From Octopus bimaculoides (lineage: Eukaryota): a DNA stretch of 54,906 nucleotides. Below are positions 33,791-46,710 of the stretch, piece after piece; the stretch's first letter is position 1, and every line of letters begins with the position of its first letter. The translations under genes were made by a program, and so were the position numbers. The DNA lies in NCBI RefSeq assembly GCF_001194135.2, contig NC_068986.1, positions 4,787,467-4,842,372 of the forward strand, read 5' to 3'. Below the pieces are notes generated by a model. That model saw only the letters and a program-made list of their open reading frames with translations, made no database searches and was not told the origin of the DNA.

Positions 33791-33930
33791 GCCACCATCC
33801 CCTGCCGGAGCCTCGTGGAGCTTTAGGTGTTTTCGCTCAATAAACACTCACAACGCCCAGTCTGGGAATCGAAACCGCGATCCTATGACTGCGAGTCCAC
33901 TGCCCTAACCACTGGGCCATTGCGCCTCCA
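33791..33930 (-). mobile_element. 5'-only fragment of the same SINE family as 25484-25872, with head in normal orientation
   Basis: gccaccatcccctgccggagcctcgtggag...gagtccactgccctaaccactgggccattgcgcctcca. Confidence 0.85.
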
Positions 33931-34004
33931 CTCTTGAGTACAGTAAGATTCCTGATATCACAGTCCTTTGTCATCTCCTATGTAAGGGTCATACAATAAT
34001 AATA

Positions 34005-34225
34005 ATAATCGTTCCCATTATAGACACAAGGACTGTAATTTTGGGGGAGGAGACTAGTTGAATACATCAACCCCAGGTACTTAATTTATCAACCCCAAAG
34101 GGATAAAAGGCAAAGTCAACCATGGCAGTATTTGAACTCAGAATGTGAAGAGCCAGAAAAAATACTGCTAGTATTTTGTCCAACATGCTTAATTATTCTA
34201 CCAGTTTACTGCTTTAACAGCAACA
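34005..34225 (-). mobile_element. tRNA-derived SINE (fourth family); related copies at about 39500-39650, 43005-43225 and 2560-2640
   Basis: Shared ggcaaagtcaacc...atttgaactcag (B-box-like on the minus strand) and gtacttaatttat...cccaaagggat. Confidence 0.65.
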
Positions 34226-34250
34226 ACACTTTCTTTTTTTATTATTTACA

Positions 34251-34271
34251 GTAATAATGATGATGATGATG

Positions 34272-34310
<39 letters not shown>
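34251..34310. repeat. (GAT)n(AAT)n microsatellite
   Basis: Directly visible. Confidence 0.95.
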
Positions 34311-35049
34311 TGTCTTCATCTTTATACAGTGTATTAGTGAGTGTATATGTAACGAATAACTGAATGAGTATTTAGTAATGTCTATGTGTATGCTCAAATG
34401 ATTCTTTTAGAGATGAGAACTATGCATAATCTGTCAGACATTAATAAATATTTTACATAACCAAATATTATTAAACCTGATTTAGCTTAAACATTATTGT
34501 CTACCGAATATTATTAAACTTGACTTAGCTTAAAACATTATTTTTTAAAGTATCTCAGAAAACTTTCAGTAATATTTTTCTCGGTGTTTTAACGACTGTT
34601 TTGCTTTCTCTTTTCACTTAGTTCTCCTTCTCACTGGCTTTCTACATACGTACATATACAATACATATAAATGTGTGTGTGTGTGTGTGNNNNNNNNNNG
34701 TGTGTGTGTGTGTGTGTATCAGTAGTATTGTATTTCGTAACATTTAAAGCTATATTTCAGTGATTTCTAGTTTTATGTTATTGTTTAATTCTTTGTTTTC
34801 TCATTTTTTTTTTTTCAGATATTTTCCCTGTCAATATTTCAAGAAAGAAATGTTATTTATTTATTGATATTGTAAATAAAACAAAGATATAAATACATTG
34901 AGTAAGAAAAAAAATTAAGCAAAATAATAATCAGAAAAATAACACTATGTCTGAATATGGATTTATTTTATATTTTAATTTTTTTTTTTTTTTTAGAAGT
35001 TTTCAGTGTTGGTTAATATATTTCGTATGTACCAAAAAATATTAGTGTG

Positions 35050-35691
35050 ATTGTGTGCATGTGTATACATACATATAAACATATATAAATGTATAAACAC
35101 ACATGCATACACACACAAATATATGTATATGCACACTTACATACATATACAGACATATGAATACATGTATGTATACATACTCATATATGCATACATACAT
35201 GTATTTACACATACACATATATTCATATACACATACGTGCATATATACTCATACACACACACATATACACCTACTCATACATATACACATATTCNNNNNN
35301 NNNNNNNNNNNNNNNNNNNNNNNNNNNNNNNNNNNNNNNNNNNNNNNNNNNNNNNNNNNNNNNNNNNNNNNNNNNNNNNNNNNNNNNNNNNNNNNNNNNN
35401 NNNNNNNNNNNNNNNNNNNNNNNNNNNNNNNNNNNNNNNNNNNNNNNNNNNNNNNNNNNNNNNNNNNNNNNNNNNNNNNNNNNNNNNNNNNNNNNNNNNN
35501 NNNNNNNNNNNNNNNNNNNNNNNNNNNNNNNNNNNNNNNNNNNNNNNNNNNNNNNNNNNNNNNNNNNNNNNNNNNNNNNNNNNNNNNNNNNNNNNNNNNN
35601 NNNNNNNNNNNNNNNNNNNNNNNNNNNNNNNNNNNNNNNNNNNNNNNNNNNNNNNNNNNNNNNNNNNNNNNNNNNNNNNNNNNNNNNNNNN
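35050..35691. repeat. (CA)/(TA) compound microsatellite and gap 35295-35691
   Basis: Directly visible. Confidence 0.9.
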
Positions 35692-35959
35692 TGGAAGGAA
35701 AAGTACACAGTACCATACTATACAGATTAATATATATTATTTTGATTTTGGTCGATTCAGTCTCTTGCAACTCTGAGTTATGCCTGTAGGTACACAGAGT
35801 CTTCAGGCAAGTCATGACTGTTAATACATTACATTCCTGATGTGTGTGTGTTTGCATGTGTGTGTTTGTGTGTGCGTGTGTCTATGTATGCATATGATTT
35901 TTCTTCCAGTTTTATTTAAGTCATTGAGAGAACACAAGTTGGTCGCTAACAAAGCAAGA

Positions 35960-36232
35960 AGATATTTTGAGTTAAGAGAGAGTTTCTGGTTGGTCGGTTG
36001 GTATGTTGGTTGAACTATCGATGCATACACCCAAGTGTGTGCATCTATTCACATAAGAATCACATATGCAGAATTTTTGGAATGTATTACAAATCTTCAC
36101 TGTGTCCCTAAAAGATTGGATTTGGAAAATCTGCATCAATTTCTTTTGCTCTTTCTCCCTGAAACCAAGTATTTCTAGGTTTTTGCGTAAATTTGTTGGT
36201 ACATAACTTAATGCACCCACGATAATAGGTAC
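35960..36232 (-). mobile_element. R4/Dong-like non-LTR retrotransposon 3' end (C-terminus of REL endonuclease)
   Basis: YPDFEFSFVPIIVGALSYVPTNLRKNLEILGF...QIQSFRDTVKICNTFQKF. The PIIVGALG and TVKI.K.F motifs are typical of REL-bearing elements. Confidence 0.75.
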
Positions 36233-36280
36233 AAATGAGAACTCAAAGTCAGGGTACATATGTATGTATGTATGTATGCA

Positions 36281-36600
36281 TGTGGGAGGACCGCATCAGT
36301 GATCTTGAGATACTGGAAAGCTCTCAGTGTGAAAGTGTGGAAGCTCTTGCATTGAAGCAAAGGCTCAGATGGAGTGGTTTATCTGGTCAGGATGAAAGAT
36401 TCAAGGATGCCAAAACAACTCTTTTATGGAGAGTTAGCTAAAGGAGAACGACCTCAACATAAACCAAAAAAGAGATATAAAGACTTGCTGAAGGTTTCCT
36501 TGAGAGATGCCAACATCTCTCCTAACACGTGGGAAGGCATAGCTACTGACTATGGCAGGTGGAGAAGGATTGTGCACCTAATCCATGTTTGGAAGCATCA
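36281..36600 (+). mobile_element. RTE (BovB-like) LINE C-terminal fragment
   Basis: WEDRISDLEILE...KQRLRWSG.LVRMKDSRMPKQLFYGELAKGERPQHKPKKRYKDLLK...WEGIATD..RWR. Confidence 0.85.
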
Positions 36601-36621
36601 GATGCTATAATGATGTCCATT

Positions 36622-38951
36622 TCAGGATTGTAATGTGCTAACGACAGATCTGAGATTAGAATTGTTTTTTTTTTCTTCAAAAGTGTTCTGGCATTTAGTG
36701 AACCAATTCCACTTTACTCCTTTTTTTGATAAGTTGTTCAATGGAGCTCTTAATTTGTGCATATTAGGAATGTAGTTTTGATAATAGTTTGTCAACCCAA
36801 GAAATGCTTGTAAAGTTGGGATTTTTGTCGGTGCAGGCATATTCCTTATTGAATCTACCTTTGATGTCTACCACTTTTATCAATTATTTGCCCTAAGTTC
36901 TTAATTTGGGGTAGAAAGAATTCACATTTTTCTTCACTCAAAGTGAACCTGAAAGCTTTAATTTTCTTAAACTCAGCTTTTATGTGTTTCACACGCTGTT
37001 CACGAGAATTGCTCTTGAGCAAAATATCTTCTAAGTACAAGACTGCAAATTCACAATCAGATAACATAGTAGCCATGATTTGCTAGAATATTTCTGGTAC
37101 CACTTTAATCCAAAAGGTAATCGTATCTGTACAATCCTCTGTGTGTATTTAGTGTCAAATACTTTGAGCATTTTTCATTTATTTTTATCTGTAAATAGGC
37201 TTCAGACAGATCTAATTTGGAAAAATCTTTTCCACCATTTAACTTTGAAAAAATGTTTTCTGCAGTCGGGAGTGGATGGTGGCATGTTTTAAAGCAGTCA
37301 TTCAATCCCGAAGAGAAATCGACACACAGCCTAATCTTATTTTTTTTTTAATACATAGTGTGGGTGCCACCCACTTTGAGTAATACACCATTTTGATGAC
37401 AACTCTTTTTGAGTATTACTCTTCAGTTATAGTTTCAATTTCCACAAATGGTACTTTTCTGTTTGCTTTAATTACAGGTACAGCATTTTCACTTACTTGG
37501 AAATAAACTTCTGTCTTTATACATAGACCTAAATCCCCTGATAACACTTGCAGAATCATTTTTTTCAATTTTTTCTTCAGTTCTTCCGAAGACTAGTTTT
37601 TAACAGGGCAACCATTTATGTTATTGCAGTAAAGATTAATGGGGAGGTTCTATAAATCAAATAGTTCTAACCAATATGTGCCAAACAGATTGATTGTATT
37701 ATCCACAATGAATAATTTTGTTTCACATGTCTCTCCTCAAAATATGACGTCGATACATGTTTTACCCATGAAATGTAATTTATCACCCATTACACCATGT
37801 TCTATTTTCACTGTTTTACGTAATCTCAGTTTACCAATTTTTTTTTCCAAGTATCTTCATTATAATCATGATGTCACTACCTGTGTCTAACTGTAATTTG
37901 GTATTCACATCATTTATTTTTACATGCATGAATTTTCTTGTTTTTCTGTTGCAATCACTCTCTGCGGAAAACACCTCAGAACTTTTTGTGTTTGAGCCTC
38001 GTAGTCTTGTTCTACAATGAGAACTCCTGTGTCCCACCTTCTGACAACTATAGCACTTTTTGTTTTCAAATGGACAATCCTTTTTGTAGTGTAGGCTCCC
38101 ACAGCCATAACATGGATTGGGGAATAACACTTTTTTTGATTGTGTTTCCCGGGACGACACATTTGAATTTTTGCACTGTCTTTATTTTGTATGTTTCTCA
38201 CATCAAGTTTAAATTTACCATAGTCTGACATTCTTCTGTGATGGTCTGTAGAGATAAATCCTGGTTCACTTGCTCCATTTTCAAGAGAATCCTTGCCCAA
38301 ATTTCTCTATCTTCAAGTGCTGTAAGTCCTTGCATGAAGATAAATGATTTCAACATATCCTGTGTGTGATCCTGGAGTTTGAAATTTTTACACATGCAGT
38401 TGACTACTCTGGCGTAGGTGATAAAAATCCTCCTCCTCATTTTTTTATTAAGTTCCAACACACCATTCTGATGTTGACTAATGAACTTCTATCATAAAAA
38501 ATTTTTGAAAGCAATTCCATGATTTCTTGGAAACCAATCTCAATCGACTTTTTAGGCAGAATAAAGTTACAGTAACACTCATGTTTGGCAGGAGCTACAT
38601 TGCATAGTTTAAGCCTTGCTTTTTGCTCCTTCGACCATGACTTGCACTCATTGTTAAAAATTTCCTCATATCTTCTATAATACATGGGAAACATAATACC
38701 CTCCTCTGGATTATATGTAAATTCAGAAATTGCATTAGCCATGCCATCTGGTGTAAACAAGCTTACTGGATTTTTAGATTTTGCTGACTGTAACTCAATT
38801 AATTGTTGCTTTTGTTGCAGTATTTGTTTTTGCAACTCTTGTAGTTGTTCCTGTTGCTTCTCTTGAAGCTGTACTACTGCAGCTAATAGGTTTTACATGA
38901 TGCAGAAATTGTCAAATAACCAATGTGAGTTTCGAATGATCTTCGGCACCA
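36622..38951 (-). mobile_element. Ty3/Gypsy LTR retrotransposon relic: gag, zinc knuckles, protease and RT, truncated before RNase H/integrase
   Basis: gag EFTYNPEEG..FPMYYRRYEEIF; CYGCGSLHYKKDC and CYSCQKVGHRSSHC; protease LQLDTGSD; RT HPLPTAENIF...FSKLDLSEAYLQI...THRGLY, YLEDIL (YLDD mutated), LQAFLGLTNYY. Multiple frameshifts. Confidence 0.92.
38942..38951 (-). promoter_or_regulatory. Primer-binding site candidate (TGGTGCCGAA, complementary to the 3' end of tRNA-Phe)
   Basis: Located just upstream of gag. It begins TGG and matches the first 10 nt of the known tRNA-Phe PBS TGGTGCCGAAACCCGGG. Confidence 0.6.
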
Positions 38952-39959
38952 GAGGTTATATCTTTATGGATAAACGAATACACTGCGTCAGTCTCTTCTA
39001 GTGGTTCCATATTTTTTGGAATTAATAAAAGGCAGTCTGCATGACCAATTTTTTTGATGAAATGTATTGCATTTTGAAATGATGATAGAGGTGAGAGAGT
39101 GAGAGTGATGGATTATGAAAAAGAGGGATCAACACATCCCCATTGATCAATTGATAATAATAGTGAACAGCCTGATGAAATATCTCACAGAATTTATTTC
39201 TACCCCTACTTCTTATCTGAGGTCAAATCCTACTCAAGCCAACTTTACCATTCATTCCTCCAGCATCAATATAACAATTATCAATAATATTCAGAAGTTG
39301 AATTGGATTGGATTGCCTATGTTCAGTCCACTGCAGGACAAAGGTCTCTGTATGTTCTCTCCACCAACCACAGTTCGATGTCGAGGCTGTGAATTTGAGC
39401 TTGAGATCATACAGGTTTGATGGGTCTACTCTACCACACTGGCTCAACATGGCTTGGCAGATGTGTGCAGTTTTTTTTTGTTTTACTCTTACTCAGCAGT
39501 TAAATCAATCATAACAACCCCAGTGCTCAACTGGTACTTATTTTATTGACCCCAAGAGGATGAAAGACAAAGTTGATTTCAGCAGAATTTGAACTCAGAA
39601 CATAAGGACGAATGAAATACTGAGAAGCATTGCTAACAATTCTGCCAGCAGTCAATTTACTCAAAAAATGTCTTCAATACAATACTGGGAATGTAGGTGA
39701 ACAAATCATATTATTAAAATGTTTTGTATCTTTCTGCTAATGAAGCTTCTTGCTGATGGGACCAGCATTTTTTCAACCAGAATTTAAAACACACATATGA
39801 GAGTCCACTATAAAAGTTGATGAGACACTCTCATTAAACTCATCAGTTTTAATTGCAGAGTATCATTTACATTTTAAATTTGGTTTGAAAAGAATGCCAA
39901 TCTTTATCACCAGGATACCAAACAGTAACAAAAATCATATGACAAGTTTCCATATTGTT

Positions 39960-40110
39960 ATTGTTTGCATCTACTAAATTCACTCACAAGGCATTAATCA
40001 ACCCAGGGTTACAGAAGAAGACACTTGCCCAAGGTGCTGCACAATGGATTTGAAATCAAGACAATGTAATTATAAAGTGAGCTTCTTAAGCATAGAGCCA
40101 TACTTGTGCC
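39960..40110 (-). mobile_element. SINE head and core copy
   Basis: ctactaaattcactcacaaggc...gaagacacttgcccaaggtgc. Confidence 0.7.
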
Positions 40111-40845
40111 TAACCACACCTACTTCAAATTAACTTGTATTTGAATGTTAGAAACACTTGTCAGTGTCTCTAAGACAAAGGACAAAAACTATTTCTCTCT
40201 CTCTAACAAACACATCAGGAAATTCGTTTTTCAATAGCATACAAACTTAAAATAAAAAATTTCATGCATTACTAATAAAACCTACTTTGCTGATGCTGTC
40301 TACAGCAAGCAGTCATTAGATTCAGGTTTTTTAACCGGTTCAATAAATGTACATATATTTCCATCAGCATTGATCCAGACCATGTCTAATTTAGAACACA
40401 CTTTTATGAAATAATTGTCAATACTATTTAGTGACAGAACAGCTATAACATCCGGCAATATTTATGTGACTGTTGTTAATTAGCATTGATCAAACATTAC
40501 ATCATATTTTCATTTACAGTGTGTCTAGATCATTTGAAAATCTATATCCATTGCAGCAACCACAGAGAGGTGTTACAAAAAATTTAAGGGAAAAGAAGAA
40601 GAATAAAGACAAACAATAACCAATGAGTGTGTTATACACTTGAACAATATAATACTGAAAAACTTACCATAGCACCTTACAAAACTCATTAAAGCCTTAT
40701 TTACACATCAGTATTATCATTAATATTATTATCATTATTATCATTATTATTAGTATTATCATTAATATTCTGAATATAGTAGAAATGGGAGAAATAGGAA
40801 GAAATAAATGTATAATTAAGTAAAGCACAAGTTTTATTCACTTAA

Positions 40846-41033
40846 CCCTTTAGCATTTAAACCAGCCATATCCAGCTCAAATATTCAACCTGTTTTATGT
40901 TCAAACCAGCCAGATGCATCCTCTCACACCTACCTTACAATGCCATTCTTAAACTAAAGAATAGTATCATGAATTCAAAACATGGTGAACGAATAAGTAT
41001 TATATTTGACAGAGTGATCTAAATGCTAAAGGG
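40846..41033. mobile_element. piggyBac-type MITE (188 bp)
   Basis: TTAA|CCCTTTAGCATTTA...TAAATGCTAAAGGG|TTAA, with TTAA at 40842-40845 and 41034-41037. Confidence 0.85.
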
Positions 41034-41629
41034 TTAATAGAATACATATACTATAAATGTAGTAAAATAAAATGCTGTTCTTTGAAAAGCAATGATCCAT
41101 TTTAGACACAGTAGCAGTATACTTTGCTTTAATGACAATTAACACAAAGCAGTACAAATTCTCTTGACTCTAAATTAACTACATATTTTCTTTTTCTTTT
41201 CTTCATTGGTCTGAGTGCCAATTACTCAAGAGCTCCAGTTATTTGAGCACAGGCTAAAAGAGAGTTTACTGTATAACTCTTACAAAATATAATAATATGC
41301 ATCCGAAATGCTCTTCCATTTTAAGATGGTAAAAATGTGATTGGAGGAAAATCTGGCTGTTATTTCTAATGGCCCAAACAACTGCTTAGAGGTTAGAGGC
41401 TTTTTTGTTGACTTCAGACTTATTTGAAGAAGTAAAATCCAGAATCAGCTGGAGAAATTGGTGATGGTCTGTGTTAGCAATTAGTCCATAAAGGCATTTG
41501 AGAAGTTCAGTTCCCTTGAGGTGTGAAGAATCTTAATTACTGAACTCTTCTTTGAACTCTCGGATTTCATAAAGACAGACACTGAGTCACTATTTCTAGT
41601 TTATAGTGGAACTACATTGATAGTGGTAA

Positions 41630-42070
41630 TGATAGGTGGTGGTGGTGGCGGCAGTGGTGGTGGTGGTGGTGGTGGTGGTGGTAGCGGCGGCGGCAGCAGT
41701 GGTGGTGGTGGTGGTNNNNNNNNNNNNNNNNNNNNNNNNNNNNNNNNNNNNNNNNNNNNNNNNNNNNNNNNNNNNNNNNNNNNNNNNNNNNNNNNNNNNN
41801 NNNNNNNNNNNNNNNNNNNNNNNNNNNNNNNNNNNNNNNNNNNNNNNTTAGTGGCGGCGGCGGCGGTGGCGGTGGCACGTGATATTGGTGATAGCAGATG
41901 AGGGAAGTGGTAGGCGAAGGTGGTGGTGGTGGTGGCGGTAGTGGTGGCAGATAATAGCGTTGATGAGAGTAGTGGAGATGGTGGTGGTGATGGTGATGGT
42001 GATGGTGATGGCAAATGTGATGGTAGAAATGGTGGCAGTGATGATGATGATGATGACAACTACAATGATC
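41630..42070. repeat. (GGT)/(GGC)/(GAT) trinucleotide mosaic spanning gap 41716-41847
   Basis: Directly visible. It is the source of the poly-G/P/H/V ORFs. Confidence 0.9.
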
Positions 42071-44089
42071 TTGATGAGGATTGTAACTTCAGTGGTAGAC
42101 ATAACAAGTATGACCTTAGACTCCAGACAATTCTGACTCATCAGACATTCAAACAATGACCATCGCATCTTCTTTCAGGTATTGTGTACCTAGGCCCACA
42201 TCATACAGTTTGTCCTTCTCTTTTCAAGATGGTAATGTGTATTTCAATGCTGATTTATCTACTGACAACATAGAGACTACCTAGTTACTTCTGTTATTGT
42301 TGTTGTTGTCATTTAGCACTTAACCTCCCATAATTCTATTAACTGGAATTTTTTAATGAAACTTTGATTTCTAGCATAAAACAACCGTAGAAACATGCTG
42401 GAATGATCAAAAATAACATTTCAAATAGAAATAAGCGAGATATTGGGTGAAAAATTAGCAAACCTCATTTGAATATCAGAGAAATATACCTAGTAGATAT
42501 AGCAAAAAGGTTAGATATGTGTAAATATTGACAGATAATTATGAAATTTGTAATTTTTAAGTGATCTCATATGAGATCACTGGTAGGTAATGGGGTTAAT
42601 CAGCCCCATTTGAGCAGACTTTCTTCAAAAGTATTCCTGCCTTGACCATTCCAACGTTTTCCATTGTTTTTTTTTTTTTTGCTTTTTTTTAATTGATTCA
42701 AACAAAGTATCTAAGACAGTAATAAACAAATTAGCTAGTTAGAAAATCCCTATAAGTGATGAAAGTGGTAACTATAATGATATATAATGTTTATCACCAC
42801 TTAAACATGGCTGTTCTGTAGGAACTGACATTACTGCTATTTTTAACCCGAGGAGGACAGTTCCTCCAGCTGGTTATTCAATGCAATCCTCATCTGATAT
42901 ATATGGCAAGCAGGGGAGTGAAGCCCTACCATCTTCCAGCCATAAGACCACCAGTGACTACATGAAAGTCCCTTCAGTGGCTTAGTCTCTTACTTCATAA
43001 TGAATTCAAATTTTGGCACAAGGCCAGCAATTTTGTGGGGAAGGATAAGTCAAGTACATCGACACCGCCCCCCCCCCCGGCTCAACCGGTACTTATTTTT
43101 TGACTCCAAAAGGATGTAAGGCAAAGTCAACCTTGGTGGAATTTGAACTCAAAACATAAAGGCAGACAAAACACTGCTAAACATTTTGCCAAGTGTGCTA
43201 ACGATTATGCTTGCTCGCTGCTTTTGTCAGTTATTTCACAGTGAGAGGAACAATGGTTGTAGATTTGTCCAACAAGAATGAATACAGTTCATTTCAGTCC
43301 AGATAAGACTCAAAGTGTTTTTGTTGCAAACTCAGTTTACTGACAGATGAGGGTTTGTCAATGTCCCATTCAAAATAGACACCAGCAAATGACAAATACA
43401 CCATACAACTTTCCAGCTGCACACATACACACACACAAATACATAAGCAAACACACACACACACACACACACATACACAAACATGCATGCATGCATAGAC
43501 ACACACACACATCCTATCGTAACTATATCTAGATGAGTTAGAGAGGAAGTAGCAGTTGAATGTGTTGAGGTATGAAGAAGAAACTTGGGCATGTATAATG
43601 GATAAAAACAGAAATACATGGTGTTAGTTACATATATCTATGTGGGTGAATTAGCTAGAATAATTAAAGTAAGACTAGCTAGTGCTGAGCAATAGATTAT
43701 CTGTAATCTCTACTTATGGTCCACTGGTAGGACAGATCGAATCTCACATCTGTTTCAATGTATGAGTGTCAAATTCATCACTGCTATACTGCTTCCATAT
43801 ATCCATATCTGCCCACAAAGCTTGGGATTTGATGCTATGGAATATGCATTTGCCTAAAAGGCCATCCAGTCGGTTTCAACATATGACATCATGTTTGCAA
43901 AACAGACTTCTTAACCCCTCAGTCATGCCTACAACCTCACTGATAAAATTAACTAAGAATCAAAAGGACAAGTTAAGTAAGCTGATGCCTTTGTACAAAT
44001 TAGCAGAGGATAATGATATTGTCATTTAGCTGAACACATCAATGAATATAAAGTACAATTGTGTGCATGATAGCTATGCACTTCAAAGT

Positions 44090-44430
44090 GCAAGATATAA
44101 AAATTGATCAATGATTCTGGATGTCTATGATACAAATAATCTTATCAATTTCTGAGCACTCCGATTTATGAACCAAATCTTTAAAGTAGCTGAGAGTGTT
44201 GTAGAAGAGTTAGTGTGTAGGACAGTGTTAACTTTGGTAAGATGCAATTTTGGTTTGTTCAAAAATGTGGAACCACTGAGACAATATATCTAGTGTGATA
44301 ATTGCAAGAGATGTTCTAAGATAATGACAAACCACTATATACTGCACTTTTCAATTTAGAGAAGGCTTTGACCAAGTCTCATCACTATGCTCCGGTGGAA
44401 GTTTTAAAAGATTAATTTAGAATGCATGGA
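44090..44430 (+). mobile_element. RTE LINE RT-domain fragment, degraded
   Basis: MNQIFKVAESVV...KMQF.FV.KCGTTETI...DKPLYTALFNLEKAFDQV corresponds to RT motifs QFGF...TTDAI and D.EKAFD. Confidence 0.7.
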
Positions 44431-45082
44431 TTTGTGAGAATTATTGAATTATGTAAGTAAACAATGATGTACCATTTGTATAGCTTATACAAAATATTGA
44501 CTCATTTCCAACAAAAAGAAAATAATTACAAAGAATTAAAAAAACTGTACACATGTACATATACATATACATGTGTGAGTATGTGTTTGTGTTTATATGT
44601 GTATCATAGCTGCATTGAAATTTATTCCAAGGAATCTAATAGCTAGGATTTCTATATAAATGCTTTATGAAGGAAATACTAACGTGTTTTCTTGTTTCCT
44701 TCTCCAGGCCCACAAGAAGTTTTAATCTGAACACTACAAGCTAACAAAACCATCTTTGATTTATTGGTCCATTGATTTTACTGCAGAGTATTACCAACCC
44801 ATGGTGACAGCTAGTATAAATTAAATCTGTTGGTCATAGATATGAAACATCTTTAGCAACATTACACAAATCATCAACGTTTGGCTGATAGTCCAACGTT
44901 GTGTTTACTCAGCCAGCAGTTACCACATGTGCACACACACATACACACACATACCAAACACCACACACATAGAGCTTGACATAAACACAGAAACACAAGC
45001 TTACTTATCATATTTAAGTATTTGATATCTGAATAAAGTTGTACCAATCAATTTACTACTCACAAATCAGTAATATGATATG

Positions 45083-45114
<32 letters not shown>

Positions 45115-45689
45115 ATGTGTGTGTGTATGTGTGCGTGTGCATGTGCGCATGCGTGTGTGTGTGTAAGCAAGGCAATCTGTAGTATTTTATATACTTATTA
45201 CAAGATAGTCTTTCATTAGAAATAGTTATAGAATAGTTTTCTTATAATCTTCATAGATAAGATGAGAAAGTTATCATCAATGACCATGAGTTATTTTTTT
45301 TTCCTCATTTGGTTTTAACAGTGAAGTGAGAACATGCTATAAAAATATCCAGTGATATATTGACTATCAAATGAAGAAATGTTCACAGCTTAACTGGATT
45401 TAGAAAAAAAAATTTAATGGAGCATGTTATTCATCATCAACATTTTAACATCCATTTTTTTATGTCTGCATAGGTTGGATAGAGTTCGTTGTGACAGATT
45501 ATCTATCGTAGGATACCTTTCTTAGCAACAATCCTTACATATTCCAAACAAGGTAATATAGCCAGACATGTTCACACAGAACATTGGAAATAAATTATAC
45601 TGCTTTTTATGACAGTGACAATCATCTTACAATTATCATGTAATATCACAAGGAGACACAAGAAAATATTACAATGGAACATGGTTTAA

Positions 45690-45909
45690 TCATTTAGCAT
45701 TTAAACCAGCCCTATCTGGCCCAAATATTCTACATGTTTTATGATCAAACTGTCCAGATCTAGCTTCTCACACCTACCCTACAATGTCATTTTAAAAATA
45801 AACGATCACATGATTGAACTTTCAAGGCTATGAGGTAATGCATGATTAATTCAAAACAATGTGAATAAATATGCATTGCATTTGACAGTAATCTGAATAT
45901 GCTAAAGAG
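45690..45909. mobile_element. Second, more diverged copy of the piggyBac-type MITE
   Basis: TTAA-tcatttagcatttaaaccagcc...gctaaagag-TTAA; the internal sequence matches 40846-41033. Confidence 0.75.
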
Positions 45910-46149
45910 TTAAATCTTCAGCAATCTCATGAAAATAACCTTGTGACTTAAATAGACGGACTACAGCTAGGAATGAAAGATTTTTACTTGTTTGCATTCA
46001 AATGTGCTATGCTTTTCTCTCACATATCATGGAGATGTCCTCACCTTTCTACCAAGTCCATGTCATAAGCCAGACAATCAAACTTCTAACACATCTATGC
46101 TTACCTGGGGAACAGGTTTCCTTCCCTTCCACCTTACACCATTCATGCA

Positions 46150-46318
46150 CGTAAAAGCACCCACTACACTCTCGGAGTGGTTGGCGTTAGGAAGGGCATC
46201 CAGCTGTAGAAACTCTGCCAAATCAGATTGGAGCCTGGTGTAGCCATCTGGTTCACCAGTTCTCAGTCAAATCGTCCAACCCATGCTAGCATGGAAAGCG
46301 GACGTTAAATGATGATGA

Positions 46319-46354
<36 letters not shown>

Positions 46355-46516
46355 GTGTTATACCCGTANNNNNNNNNNNNNNNNNNNNNNNNNNNNNNNN
46401 NNNNNNNNNNNNNNNNNNNNNNNNNNNNNNNNNNNNNNNNNNNNNNNNNNNNNNNNNNNNNNNNNNNNNNNNNNNNNNNNNNNNNNNNNNNNNNNNNNNN
46501 NNNNNNNNNNNNNNNN

Positions 46517-46555
<39 letters not shown>

Positions 46556-46710
46556 GTCATTATCATTTAATGCTTGTTTTCCATGTTGGCATGAGTTAGA
46601 CGGTTTTAGAGGGCCTGGCAAATTGGAGAGGTACACTGGGCTCCAATTTGTCTGTTTTGGCATGGTTTATGAATTTGGGTGCCCTTCCTAATGTCAACCA
46701 TTTTACAGAA
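46150..46710. mobile_element. Two RTE-type tails facing tail-to-tail (+ 46150-46320, - 46560-46710) across (TA)n and gap 46369-46516
   Basis: cacccactacactctcggagtggttggcgttaggaagggcatccagc... and its diverged reverse complement. Confidence 0.75.

Noticed and set aside
41601-42168. Gly/Pro/His/Asp-rich ORFs
   Set aside because: These are translations of a GGT/GAT trinucleotide mosaic across a gap, with no splice or domain support.
44690-44810. Strong polypyrimidine acceptor (ttccttctccag) at about 44707
   Set aside because: All three frames stop within about 13 codons and there is no convincing donor. At most a non-coding exon, which is unsupported.
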